The position numbers and the translations under genes are program-made. Shown here piece by piece: positions 27,565-36,646 of a stretch of 40,000 bases of DNA (positions are counted from its first letter, which is position 1; each line of letters starts with the position of its first letter). The notes under the pieces are model-generated. The model did not search any database and was not told the origin of the DNA. It saw only the letters and a program-made list of their open reading frames with translations. The stretch is from an uncultured Desulfobacterales bacterium (GTDB taxonomy: Bacteria > Desulfobacterota > Desulfobacteria > Desulfobacterales > 4572-123): positions 36,829-76,828 of the forward strand of contig CALNYM010000011.1 of the NCBI GenBank assembly GCA_942490765.1, given 5' to 3'.

Positions 27565-27594
27565 CCGCGGCTTCTCGAAGACCGGAAGCCGCGG
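27565..27594 (+). other. Stable GC-rich intercistronic hairpin between mtbB and the corrinoid protein gene
   Basis: The perfect 10-bp stem CCGCGGCTTC / GAAGCCGCGG has a 10-nt loop. It is followed by A6 rather than a T-tract, so it is not a canonical terminator. Confidence 0.4.
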
Positions 27595-27659
27595 AAAAAA
27601 TATCCGGCAGTTACCCCAAACCAAAGATCGGAGAGTTGTCTTTTAAAAGGAGATGAACG

Positions 27660-28313
27660 ATGACGACAATTGAAGTACGCTTTGAAGAAGCCAAAAAAGC
27701 CATCGTAGCGTGTGACGCTGAAAATGCATCGCTGGTGGCGACACAGGGTTTAGCAGATGGAATTGACCCTGTTGAATTTTTGAACAAGGGTTTCATTCCC
27801 GGAATAAATGAGGTCGGAGAGCTTTTCGGTAAAGGCCGGTTGTTTCTTCCCGAATTGATTATCGCTGCAGAAGCCATGCGTCAGGTAACCGATATTATTA
27901 ATGGTGCACTTGAAGCCGCCGGAACGATTTCAAAAAAGGCAGGGAAAATTCTCATGGCCACTGTTCAGGGTGATGTCCATGATATCGGTAAAACCATTGT
28001 GGTGTCACTTTTCAAAGCCAACGGATTTGAGGTGCTGGATTTGGGTCGAGATATTTCCAATGAAAAAATTATTGAAGAAGCTGTGCGGTTTGAAGCCGAT
28101 ATTATCGGTACCAGCGCGCTTCTCACCACAACAATGCCAGCCCAGCAAAAACTTGAAAAAGAACTGAAGAAAGCCGGCCTGAAGGGAAAAATCAAGACGA
28201 TTGTCGGTGGGGCGCCCGTAACACAGAGATGGGCCCAGCGCATCGGCGCAGATGCTTACGCCCAGGATGCGTCAGATGGCGTTCAGAAAGCAAAGCTGAT
28301 GTTAGGCATCTGA
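27660..28313 (+). CDS. mtbC: Methyltransferase-cognate corrinoid protein (B12-binding; MtbC-like by position)
   Basis: 217 aa. It has an N-terminal helical cap domain plus a Rossmann B12-binding domain with the DxHxxG motif (GDVHDIGK). AAGGAG lies 7 nt upstream. Confidence 0.8.
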   Translation: MTTIEVRFEEAKKAIVACDAENASLVATQGLADGIDPVEFLNKGFIPGINEVGELFGKGRLFLPELIIAAEAMRQVTDIINGALEAAGTISKKAGKILMATVQGDVHDIGKTIVVSLFKANGFEVLDLGRDISNEKIIEEAVRFEADIIGTSALLTTTMPAQQKLEKELKKAGLKGKIKTIVGGAPVTQRWAQRIGADAYAQDASDGVQKAKLMLGI

Positions 28314-28463
28314 ACGCAATGGCAATAACCGATTTTAACCGGGGAACCGTACCTGCCGAAAGGCACACGAACGGTTCGGGGAGGAGAATCAGGAGCAAGC
28401 GGTATTTTATTATTTCATTTGTCATTTTTAACCCCCTATTGAACAAAAGTAAGGAGGATGCAA

Positions 28464-29729
28464 ATGCTCAACTTAAAGAAATTAATGGTTTTCTCGCTAG
28501 TCGTTTTTTCTGTAATCTCATTTACGGCCATGAATTCGCTGGCGGCTGACAAGGTGTTTACCCTTGGGGTTCTCGGACCGTTTACCGGACCGGCTGCTGA
28601 GACGGGACAAGACATGAAAAACGCCGCCCAGATGGCGTTTGATGAAATTGGCAACAAGATTGGCGATTACACTGTAAAGTTGGTTTACATCGATGACCAG
28701 TCATCCCCTGATAAAGGCGCCAATGCCTATGCCGAGGCCATTGAAAGAAAGGGCGTCCAGGCCGGAATTCTCAACTGGAATACCTCGGTGACCGTAGCTT
28801 GTCAGCCGGTGTGGGGTAAGTACAAGGTTCCCCATTTTTTCTGCATGGGGGCAGGCTCAGCCGGAAATGAGAAGTGGGCATCTTTAGCCCCGGAAGACCG
28901 TTACCTGATCATGAAGGGGTGGCCGATCCCTCAAAAATTAGTGGTTGCTTATTCGGATTGTTTCCGGAATTACATTGCCAATGATACTTGGAAACCTGAA
29001 AAAAAACTGGTGGCCTTCTGGGGTGAGGATACCGATTGGGGAAGAAGTCTGATCGGTGGTTTGGCCAAATATTTGAAAGCTGACGGCTGGGAAGTGTTTA
29101 CCGAAGAGTATTTTGCCCTGACACAGACCAATTTTTATCCGTTTATCAGCAAGTGCAAAAAGGCAGGCGTCACCGCCATGTGTGGTTCCAGCACCGGTGC
29201 CGGCTCTATTTCTGCCATGATCAAGCAATCGGACGAACTGGGATTTAAGGCCATGCAGGTTGCCGACGGTTTAGGCTGGATCGGTGATTGGTATAAGTTG
29301 ACCGGACGGGCATCCGATGGCGTAATGGACCTGGTACCCCAAATCGTTACGCCGACGCAAAAGGCCTGGGCGGAAAGCTACAAAAAGAAATTTAACAAGA
29401 ACCCCAGTCCGGCCTCTGCCGGCATGAGTTATGACTATGCTAAATTTATGGCCAAAATTGCAAAACGGGCCCTGGAAAAATACGGTGCCATCAACAGCGA
29501 AACCATAACCAAAGTCGGCCGGGAAGAGGTAGCCACCGGTAAAATGAGTTACGGACGTGAAGATGGCGCACTGTTCCATGCCAGATACGGCACCGACGCT
29601 GAAAATGCTCCGGATCCCAAAATCGGTACGGAAGATTTTTATTTCCCGCTGGTTCAGTATGAAAAAGGTGTTGGTTATTGTATATTCCCGGAAAGCATGA
29701 AAACACGTGAGATGAAGGTAAAAAAATAA
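28464..29729 (+). CDS. ABC transporter substrate-binding protein, type-1 periplasmic binding fold (LivK/amide-urea family)
   Basis: Track ORF 28458..29729. AAGGAGG lies 6 nt before ATG 28464. The signal peptide is MLNLKKLMVFSLVVFSVISFTAMNSLAADK. Confidence 0.8.
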   Translation: MLNLKKLMVFSLVVFSVISFTAMNSLAADKVFTLGVLGPFTGPAAETGQDMKNAAQMAFDEIGNKIGDYTVKLVYIDDQSSPDKGANAYAEAIERKGVQAGILNWNTSVTVACQPVWGKYKVPHFFCMGAGSAGNEKWASLAPEDRYLIMKGWPIPQKLVVAYSDCFRNYIANDTWKPEKKLVAFWGEDTDWGRSLIGGLAKYLKADGWEVFTEEYFALTQTNFYPFISKCKKAGVTAMCGSSTGAGSISAMIKQSDELGFKAMQVADGLGWIGDWYKLTGRASDGVMDLVPQIVTPTQKAWAESYKKKFNKNPSPASAGMSYDYAKFMAKIAKRALEKYGAINSETITKVGREEVATGKMSYGREDGALFHARYGTDAENAPDPKIGTEDFYFPLVQYEKGVGYCIFPESMKTREMKVKK

Positions 29730-29739
29730 TGGTGTAATA

Positions 29740-29766
29740 AATGAGGCCACCTTGTGTGGCCTCATT
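29740..29766 (+). terminator. Intrinsic terminator candidate after the binding-protein gene
   Basis: The 11-bp perfect stem AATGAGGCCAC / GTGGCCTCATT has the 5-nt loop CTTGT and begins 11 nt after the stop. It is followed by GTTGCGCTTTTCC. Confidence 0.6.
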
Positions 29767-30158
29767 GTTGCGCTTTTCCATTGGAATTTATCAAAAAACA
29801 GTGGATCTGGGGAATTGCTTTCCAACGTTTCTTGTGAATGTGGGGCATGTCGTAACACGTTTCTTCAAAGGTGCCGGGATCGCCACCATAGTCGTTCAGA
29901 CCCTTTTTAAAGCGCTTGAACGCCAAGTCTCTTTGCCATCTGTTGCAAACAGAACCTCTCGGTCCGAGAAAGTTCGCGGACAGATTTACCCGTCTGTCGC
30001 CTCGTCGACGGCAGTTTTTATCCATCTTTTTCATAATAAGAAAAAATACTTTTTTTATCCCAAGGAAAGCGACTGATTGCTCGTCATTAGCGTTTCGCTC
30101 TACAAACAACGAGGATTCCTCATACCCAGTCTTAGTAACTACTGACCCATGGTGAATT

Positions 30159-30890
30159 ATGAATATTTTAGAAACAAAGGATTTGACCAAACAATTCGGC
30201 GGCTTAATTGCCAACAATAAAATATCCATGCATTGCAAACAAGGGGAAATCCTGGGGCTGATCGGCCCCAACGGTGCCGGCAAGACCACTTTTCTCAATG
30301 CCATCGCTGGCTTGAGCGGCCCTACGTCCGGAAAGGTCTATTTTAAGGGTGAGGAATGTACCGGTTACCCTTCCCAAAAAATGTGCCGCAGAGGATTGTC
30401 GCGAACGTTCCAGATTCCCCAGCCGTTCCCGAGAATGACGGCTGTACAAAATGTTATGGTGGCAGCGGTTTTCGGCCGCAGGAAGCAATTCAGTGAAAAA
30501 GAATATTTGGACGTCTGCCGGGAAAAACTTGATTTTGTCGAATTTCCGGTGCAGGAAGACATCATATCCGGAACGTTGAATACCGTTCAGTTAAAACGTC
30601 TCGATCTGGCCCGGGCACTTGCTTCCAATCCTAAGCTGATACTTCTGGATGAGATCGCTTCCGGGCTTACAGAAGGAGAGCTGGGTGACCTGATGAAAAT
30701 CATCAGTAAAATAAGGGATATTGGGGTTACCATTATCATGGTCGAGCATATCATGCAGGTCATCATGGGGTTATGCGAACGCCTGGTGGTCATTCAGTTC
30801 GGCAATAAAATCGCCGAAGGGCCAACAAAAGCGGTTGCCCAGGACCCTAAGGTCGCTGAAGCTTATCTGGGTGCTTCGGAAGAACAGTAA
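30159..30890 (+). CDS. ABC transporter ATP-binding protein (LivG type)
   Basis: 243 aa with Walker A GPNGAGKTT and Walker B LILLDE. A LivG-style C-terminal extension is present. Confidence 0.85.
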   Translation: MNILETKDLTKQFGGLIANNKISMHCKQGEILGLIGPNGAGKTTFLNAIAGLSGPTSGKVYFKGEECTGYPSQKMCRRGLSRTFQIPQPFPRMTAVQNVMVAAVFGRRKQFSEKEYLDVCREKLDFVEFPVQEDIISGTLNTVQLKRLDLARALASNPKLILLDEIASGLTEGELGDLMKIISKIRDIGVTIIMVEHIMQVIMGLCERLVVIQFGNKIAEGPTKAVAQDPKVAEAYLGASEEQ

Positions 30891-30938
30891 AGCAGTATAC
30901 TTGGAAAATGGTAAATCAAGCCATAAAGGGAGGCGCAA

Positions 30939-31646
30939 TTGCTGCTCGAAGTAAACAATATCAACGCCGGGTACGATTTTTTACAGATTTTACGGAACCT
31001 TTCCTTAAACGTTGACAAAGGTGAATATGTTTGCCTGGTGGGACCAAACGGTGCCGGGAAAAGTACGATACTGAAATCCATTGCCGGTTTATTAAAACCC
31101 ATGTCCGGCGTTATCACATTTAACGAAGAACAAATTGACGGGTTGCCCGGGCATGTGATTCATAAAAAAGGAATCAGTTATATCTCTGAAGACCTGGATC
31201 TTTTTACCGCGATGTCGGTAAAGGAAAATCTGGCAATGGGCGCCTATACAATCAATGATAAAAAAAATATTAGCGAACTGTTTGGTTTTGTTTATGCCCT
31301 TTTCCCCAGGTTAAAGGAAAGAGAAAAACAACTGGCCGGAACCATGAGCGGCGGCGAGCGTAAAATGCTGGCCATCGGCCGGGGCATGATGTCCAATCCG
31401 AAGTTGATGCTGTTTGATGAACCATCAATGGGATTATCTCCGGAAATGACCAACGCTGTTTTTAAGGCCTTGGGTGTTTTAAACTCAAAAGGGGTGACCA
31501 TTTTGCTGGTGGAGCAGAATGTGACCAAAAGTTTCAAAGTAAGTACGCGGGGATACGTTCTGGAGCATGGTGAAATCGTACTGCAGGGGCCTTGCTCGGA
31601 TTTGGCCCGGAATGAACACGTACGAAAAGTATTTCTCGGGATTTAG
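30939..31646 (+). CDS. ABC transporter ATP-binding protein (LivF type)
   Basis: 235 aa with Walker A GPNGAGKST and signature MSGGERKM. It has a TTG start with GGGAGG 5 nt upstream. It ends in TAG, with an in-frame TAA 5 codons later. Confidence 0.85.
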   Translation: MLLEVNNINAGYDFLQILRNLSLNVDKGEYVCLVGPNGAGKSTILKSIAGLLKPMSGVITFNEEQIDGLPGHVIHKKGISYISEDLDLFTAMSVKENLAMGAYTINDKKNISELFGFVYALFPRLKEREKQLAGTMSGGERKMLAIGRGMMSNPKLMLFDEPSMGLSPEMTNAVFKALGVLNSKGVTILLVEQNVTKSFKVSTRGYVLEHGEIVLQGPCSDLARNEHVRKVFLGI

Positions 31647-31682
31647 CAAACAATTAATGAATAACGGCAGGGGAAAGTATCT

Positions 31683-32720
31683 ATGGCAAACCCAAAAACC
31701 GAATTGATAGTGAACCGTCTGGGCCGCTGGCTAAAGTCGGCCGGCGGAATAACCGTTACCTTGACAATCGTTGCGGCCTGTCTCGCAGCAATGGATAAGG
31801 GCAGTTATATCATTGTTCAAACCATCGTCACGGGGGGAATGTGGGCATTGGTGGCCATGGGATTGGCCCTGATTTTCGGTGTGATGAATATTACCAGTTT
31901 TGTTCATGGCGAATTTTTTATGATCGGCAGTCTGGTGGCCTATTTTGTCATCACGCCTTTTGTCGACACAATAGCCGACAATCCGGATACGCTTTGGGCT
32001 GCGGTAATGCCTTTGGCAACCATGTTCATCGCTTTGGTGGTCGGTGCCATTGCCGGGGCGATTAGCGAGCATGTGGTCTTTCGACCCATGCGTAAACGCA
32101 GTAAAAAAGATTGGTTGATGAACTCCTTTGTTCTTACTCTGGGCCTGTCTGTCATACTGATAAACAGCCATCAGGTATTTTTAGGGGCTAGTTTCAAGGG
32201 AGTTGTAAAATACTGGCATTATCCATCAATATCCATCTTTGGTGCCTATATTTCCTTTGACCGGGTAATGGTCTTCATCATTGCCATGTTTTCAATCTCT
32301 GGCTTTTGGGTACTGATGAGACTGACCAAAGTCGGCAGGGCCATCCGAGCCGTTTCCCAGAGTGAAAACGGGGCCATTATCACCGGTGTTAACATTGACG
32401 CCATTCAGACCCTTACCCTGGCTTTGAGCTGCGGTATGGCTGCTCTGGCCGGTGCCGCACTTCTTTTTATGTATCCGGCATATCCGACAGTTGGGTTGGG
32501 ACCGCTTTACAATTCGTGGTTCATTGTTATCGTCGCCGGCCTGGGAAACGTGGCCGGTGCGGCTTTCGGAGGATTTCTCGTAGCATTACTCCAGGTTTTG
32601 ACTACCGTCTATATAGGTGAAGGATGGGACTATACGGTTCCGGTTGCCTTTTTGATGCTCGTTCTGGTTTTTAAGCCTTCAGGCATATTTGGAAGTGAAG
32701 TCAGAGGAAAACTTGAATAA
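31683..32720 (+). CDS. ABC transporter permease (LivH type)
   Basis: 345-aa polytopic membrane protein in the branched-chain amino-acid permease family. Confidence 0.8.
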   Translation: MANPKTELIVNRLGRWLKSAGGITVTLTIVAACLAAMDKGSYIIVQTIVTGGMWALVAMGLALIFGVMNITSFVHGEFFMIGSLVAYFVITPFVDTIADNPDTLWAAVMPLATMFIALVVGAIAGAISEHVVFRPMRKRSKKDWLMNSFVLTLGLSVILINSHQVFLGASFKGVVKYWHYPSISIFGAYISFDRVMVFIIAMFSISGFWVLMRLTKVGRAIRAVSQSENGAIITGVNIDAIQTLTLALSCGMAALAGAALLFMYPAYPTVGLGPLYNSWFIVIVAGLGNVAGAAFGGFLVALLQVLTTVYIGEGWDYTVPVAFLMLVLVFKPSGIFGSEVRGKLE

Positions 32721-32745
32721 TCAGCAAGAATAAACAGGAGCAGCC

Positions 32746-33780
32746 GTGAAAAGTATTCAAGCAAATAATAAAAATGATGGTATTGATCGTTTATCAAAAT
32801 ATACCGGCATGACCCCGATGGGTCTCCTGGGCCTGGCGGTCATCGCCATATTGCCCTTTATTCCCCCTTTTAACCAGGAGTATCTGATACGATGGCTGGT
32901 TTTTGGCCTGTTCATGGCAGCCCAGGCTGTGGTTTTCAATTTTACCAATGGTTACATCAATATCGTTAACTTCGGTTTTGCCGCCTTTGTCGGTTTAGGT
33001 GCCTATACCTCTGGCATTCTGTCTGTAAAACTGGGTCTTTCTCCCTGGATCACAATTTTTCTGGGGATTATTCCGGCCGCATTCGTGGGCTTTATTACCG
33101 GGGTATTAACCCTCCGGTTGCGGGGTATTTATGCGGCCATCATGGCCTGGTTTGTCGGGTTGGCCCTGATGGGGCTGGCCACCAAAATGGTTTGGCTGAC
33201 CGAAGGCCCTCTTGGATTGAATTGTCCGGCGCTTTTTAAGACCTCATCAAACATTCCCTATTTCTACACCATATTGGTTATGTTGCTGGTATCCTATATT
33301 GTATTGAATCGAATCGTAAAATCTCATGCCGGCCTGGCATTTATCGCCATTGGTCAAAACATGGATGCGGCCATGACCTCGGGGATCAACCCTACTTTTT
33401 ACCGGGTATTTAATTTTACGGTTTCCTGCGCGTTTGCCGGTTGGCTGGGAGGATTCTATGCACATTATTACGGAATCCTGATGCCGGAATCAATGCACAC
33501 CTCTAAAACGGTGGAAGTCCTGGTAGTGGGTTATCTTGGTGGACGGGCCACTCTCTGGGGCGGTGCTGCAGCCGCTATTCCCTTTGTTTTTTGCATGGAA
33601 ATGATCAGGTCCGCAACATCAAATTATCCAGGTGTTAATTTAATTTTTTATGGATTATCTTTGGTTCTGCTGATGATGTTCTATCCCGGTGGCCTTGCCT
33701 ATCTTTACCAGAACATAGTTGAACGTGTCAAAAATCCCTGGCTGAAACGATTGTTCGGTTTAAAGGTCATAACAAAATAA
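32746..33780 (+). CDS. ABC transporter permease (LivM type)
   Basis: 344-aa polytopic membrane protein. It has a GTG start with AGGAG 5-6 nt upstream. Confidence 0.8.
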   Translation: MKSIQANNKNDGIDRLSKYTGMTPMGLLGLAVIAILPFIPPFNQEYLIRWLVFGLFMAAQAVVFNFTNGYINIVNFGFAAFVGLGAYTSGILSVKLGLSPWITIFLGIIPAAFVGFITGVLTLRLRGIYAAIMAWFVGLALMGLATKMVWLTEGPLGLNCPALFKTSSNIPYFYTILVMLLVSYIVLNRIVKSHAGLAFIAIGQNMDAAMTSGINPTFYRVFNFTVSCAFAGWLGGFYAHYYGILMPESMHTSKTVEVLVVGYLGGRATLWGGAAAAIPFVFCMEMIRSATSNYPGVNLIFYGLSLVLLMMFYPGGLAYLYQNIVERVKNPWLKRLFGLKVITK

Positions 33781-33835
33781 AAACAGAAATACGGCGCGAA
33801 AGTTTGTCCGAAGCGCTTACAGATGCCGGAAACAA

Positions 33836-33890
33836 AAAACCCGGCCCCTCGGGAACTGCATAAGGCAGTAAACCGGTGGGACCGGGTTTT
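33836..33890. terminator. Bidirectional terminator candidate between convergent genes
   Basis: AAAACCCGG (33836..33844) pairs with CCGGGTTTT (33882..33890), plus 3 further GC pairs and an inner ACTGC/GCAGT hairpin. The A-tract on the left and T-tract on the right fit termination on both strands. Confidence 0.5.
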
Positions 33891-33920
33891 AAAACAAATC
33901 CTCTATAAAAAGGTCGGTGA

Positions 33921-34550
33921 TTATACCAGAGATTTGGCCAGCTTGGTGGCTGAACCGGCATCTGCGGCATATCCGTCGGCACCGATTTCATCGGCATACT
34001 TCTGATTTACCGGGGCACCGCCGATGATGACCTTGACCTTGTCGCGGTATCCGGCTTCAACCAGGGCGTCGATGGTTGTTTTCATCATACCCATGGTGGT
34101 GGTGAGCAGGGCAGAGATGGCAACGATGGTGGCGCCCTGGTCTTTTACGGCGGCCACAAAGGTTTCCGGGGCCACGTCAACACCCAGGTTGATCACCTCA
34201 AAACCGGCGCTTTCCAGCATCATGGCCACCAGGTTTTTACCGATGTCATGCAGGTCGCCCTTGGCCGTACCCATGGCAACCTTGCCGGCGGCTTTGGCAT
34301 CTTCTACGGACAGCAGGGGTTTAAGGATTTCCACTGCTGCGGCCATGGCCTTGGCGGACATGAGCACTTCGGGGATAAACATATCGCCGTTCTGCATTTT
34401 TTCGCCGACAATATCCATGCCTTTGATCAATCCGTTATTGAGAATATCTTTTGCTTCCATTCCCTCGTTTACGGCGGCCTGTACAAGCGTTTTCAATGTT
34501 GCTGCATCGCCGGCTATCAGTGTGTTCGAAAGTGCGTTTAAATCTGCCAT
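33921..34550 (-). CDS. mttC: Methyltransferase-cognate corrinoid protein (B12-binding; MttC-like by position)
   Basis: 209 aa with a cap domain plus a B12-binding domain carrying DxHxxG (GDLHDIGK). It starts 47 nt downstream of the mttB copy 2 stop. Confidence 0.8.
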   Translation of the reverse strand: MADLNALSNTLIAGDAATLKTLVQAAVNEGMEAKDILNNGLIKGMDIVGEKMQNGDMFIPEVLMSAKAMAAAVEILKPLLSVEDAKAAGKVAMGTAKGDLHDIGKNLVAMMLESAGFEVINLGVDVAPETFVAAVKDQGATIVAISALLTTTMGMMKTTIDALVEAGYRDKVKVIIGGAPVNQKYADEIGADGYAADAGSATKLAKSLV

Positions 34551-34597
34551 TGTCTTTGTCTCCTTTGTTGATAATTGATAATAAGTTTTTTACCGGG

Positions 34598-36091
34598 TTA
34601 TTTTTTTAAAACCGCGGCCCGTTTTTCTTTTGCTTCGGCCTCGGCATCTTCAAATATTGTGTTTAACTGGGCCTGAATGTTTTCAGGCAACGCTTCTACC
34701 TTGTGACTGGCAATGATGTGGGTTGCCCTGGCATAGGCTTTTTCCACAACATCCTTTGATCCATCTGCAATCCATCCGTCACGGCTTTTTCTGTCAAAAA
34801 GGTCGCCCTGGGACTGCCGCCGCATGTTTTTAAAGGTATGCGGATGGGTGATGAATTCACCGCCGTGGCCCACCTCTTTGATGACGTCAAAAGCAATGGC
34901 TTCATCGGTAATGGTAAATCCTTCGACGGCCTTCATGATCATTCTCAGCATTTCATTGTGTAAAACCGCCTGGGCGTAATCCCAGGTCAAACCGCTGTCA
35001 AGCATCCCGAGGCCGTAAATCAGGTTGGCACCTGCCAACGCCGTTAAAGTGGCCGTTAAAGTATATTCATGGGCTGCCTGAGCATCGGGCATTTTGCTGT
35101 CCACCTATCCACCGGCGACCCAGGAGGGCAGCCGGTAAAATTTGGCCAGTTTGGCGATGGCCGCGCTGAACATGCCCATTTCCGGGGTCCCCATGGCCGC
35201 CAGGCCGGTTTTCAGATCCATAATACTGGTGGAACTGCCGTACACCATGGGATGTCCTTTGCGAACGGCCTGTCCCAGAACGATCATGCTCAAATTTTCA
35301 GCATTATGGGTGACAAGGCTGCTGGCCAGGTTGATGCAGGTGGTGCCACCCGCCAGCCCAAGGGGGTTTATTTTCAGGGGAACCCCCAGTCGACAGGCTT
35401 CAATCAGAACGTCGCAGGCATCTTTTGAATGCAGCAACGGGCTGATGGGATCACAGGTTGTGGAGAAAATCGGTCTTTCACGGAATTTGTCATCACCGCC
35501 GGCCACAACGGAGGCCATCTTAAAACAGGTCCTCAGGTTTTCAACCGAGTTGATGCCGATATAGCCATGTTTGGTGCAGGAATTCAAAAAACTTTTGATG
35601 TTGTAAAGGCAGCAGATATCCTGGTCCATATCGCAGGGGGTTAACGGTCTTTCAAACACAATGACCTGGTCCAGTGCGTCCAGAAACAACGTGGCATCAT
35701 CAACGTCAGCTTTTGTGGGGGTTCTTAATTTTCTGGTTTTGGGGTCGATCATCATGGGGGCTTCGCCAAAATTGACAAATCCCGAACGACCGTTTTCACA
35801 AACATAATCCTTTTCAGGATCACGGGCGCAAGCCTTAAAAGTGGAAGGGCAGGACCTGATGGCATCTTCAACCAGATGGGCTGGGATTTTGACTATTTTG
35901 GTTCTATTATTGACAATACAACCAATTCCGTCAAAAATTTCAAGGGCCTGGGAGCTTTCCACTTTGACCCCCATTTCCCAGAGAATTTCCAGAGTAGCCA
36001 GATGAATTTTTTCCAATTCGTCATCGGAAAACATGTTCAGACCGATACCACTGGTCAGAACGGTTCCCGGCTGCAAATTTCTTACCGCCAT
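34598..36091 (-). CDS. mttB: Trimethylamine:corrinoid methyltransferase MttB (second, divergent copy) with an in-frame UAG (pyrrolysine) codon, 497 codons
   Basis: Track ORFs 35105..36091 and 34598..35104 abut in the same frame and are separated only by TAG: ...[50 protein letters not shown]... The TAG is in the same position and GG-TAG context as copy 1. Confidence 0.85.
35105..35107 (-). other. UAG recoding site (predicted pyrrolysine, codon 329 of mttB copy 2)
   Basis: The plus strand reads CTA, which is TAG on the minus strand, in the context GGT GGA TAG GTG GAC AGC AAA. Confidence 0.8.
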
Positions 36092-36506
36092 AATTGGTTT
36101 CCTTCATTTTCATAGAAAGACGATAAAATTTCGGTTTTTTACCGGAGGCTGCCAATAATGGTATGTTTTTTCCGGTAATGAAAGACTCTCCTTGTGTGCT
36201 GCAACAGCTTTTAATTATAGATATTTTTTTGTTGAATACCTCCTTAATTTATTAAATAAAAATTCAAAATAATGGACCATTTGATCGCCTATAAACCCTT
36301 AAGGGCGCGGTATAATGACTCTGGGTCAAAAAGTCAATCATAATCATCACAAAAGGGTGTATTTTTATGAATTCGCCTGAAAAGATATCCTTTGGGTGGC
36401 TGAAATCACATCGTGCCATCCGAAGATGGTGTTTCCGTTCAATCTCTGCGGTCTGTTCAAAAAATAATCCTCGGAATATCAAACAGATGCCTCCGGTTAT
36501 GGTATC

Positions 36507-36543
36507 GTATGCCTTGACTTTGAACAAAAGGTCTCGTTTCTGG
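36507..36543 (+). repeat. Copy B of the 37-nt conserved intergenic element (first copy at 4277..4313)
   Basis: 28/37 identity to copy A, ungapped. It lies in the 650-nt intergenic region between mttB copy 2 and the HAD gene, 65 nt upstream of a terminator-like hairpin. Confidence 0.4.
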
Positions 36544-36607
36544 GCGGACATTATCGATTACAGGGTAAAGAAAAATTGACAATAGTTTTCAGTATGGTTT
36601 AATCAGC

Positions 36608-36646
36608 CACTGACAAACAGGCAGGGTCAGTGCGGTCGGTTTTTTT
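36608..36646 (+). terminator. Terminator-like hairpin plus T7 tract
   Basis: The stem CACTGAC (36608..36614) / GTCAGTG (36626..36632) has an 11-nt loop. It is followed by CGGTCGG and then TTTTTTT (36640..36646). The 7-nt spacer between stem and T-tract weakens the call. Confidence 0.35.

Noticed and set aside
29762-30304. 180-aa minus-strand ORF (and an internal 90-codon version from ATG 30034) in the ABC intergenic gap
   Set aside because: It overlaps the start of the well-supported ATPase gene on the opposite strand. No Shine-Dalgarno sequence precedes either start, and I recognise no family resemblance.
33501-33507. CTCTAAA, the anticodon-loop sequence expected for tRNA-Pyl (CUA anticodon), noticed while looking for pylT
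   Set aside because: It lies inside the LivM-type permease CDS and has no flanking stems for an anticodon arm or T-arm. Other TCTAA-containing sites I noticed (about 4801..4812 on the minus strand, 8265..8275, 10381..10390) also lack cloverleaf pairing. My scan was by eye, so tRNAscan or ARAGORN should be run.
36264-36579. Two mutually overlapping small ORFs (95 aa on minus, 70 aa on plus) in the mttB-HAD intergenic region
   Set aside because: Neither has a convincing RBS or a recognisable domain, and they exclude each other. I treat the region as non-coding pending BLAST or RNA-seq.
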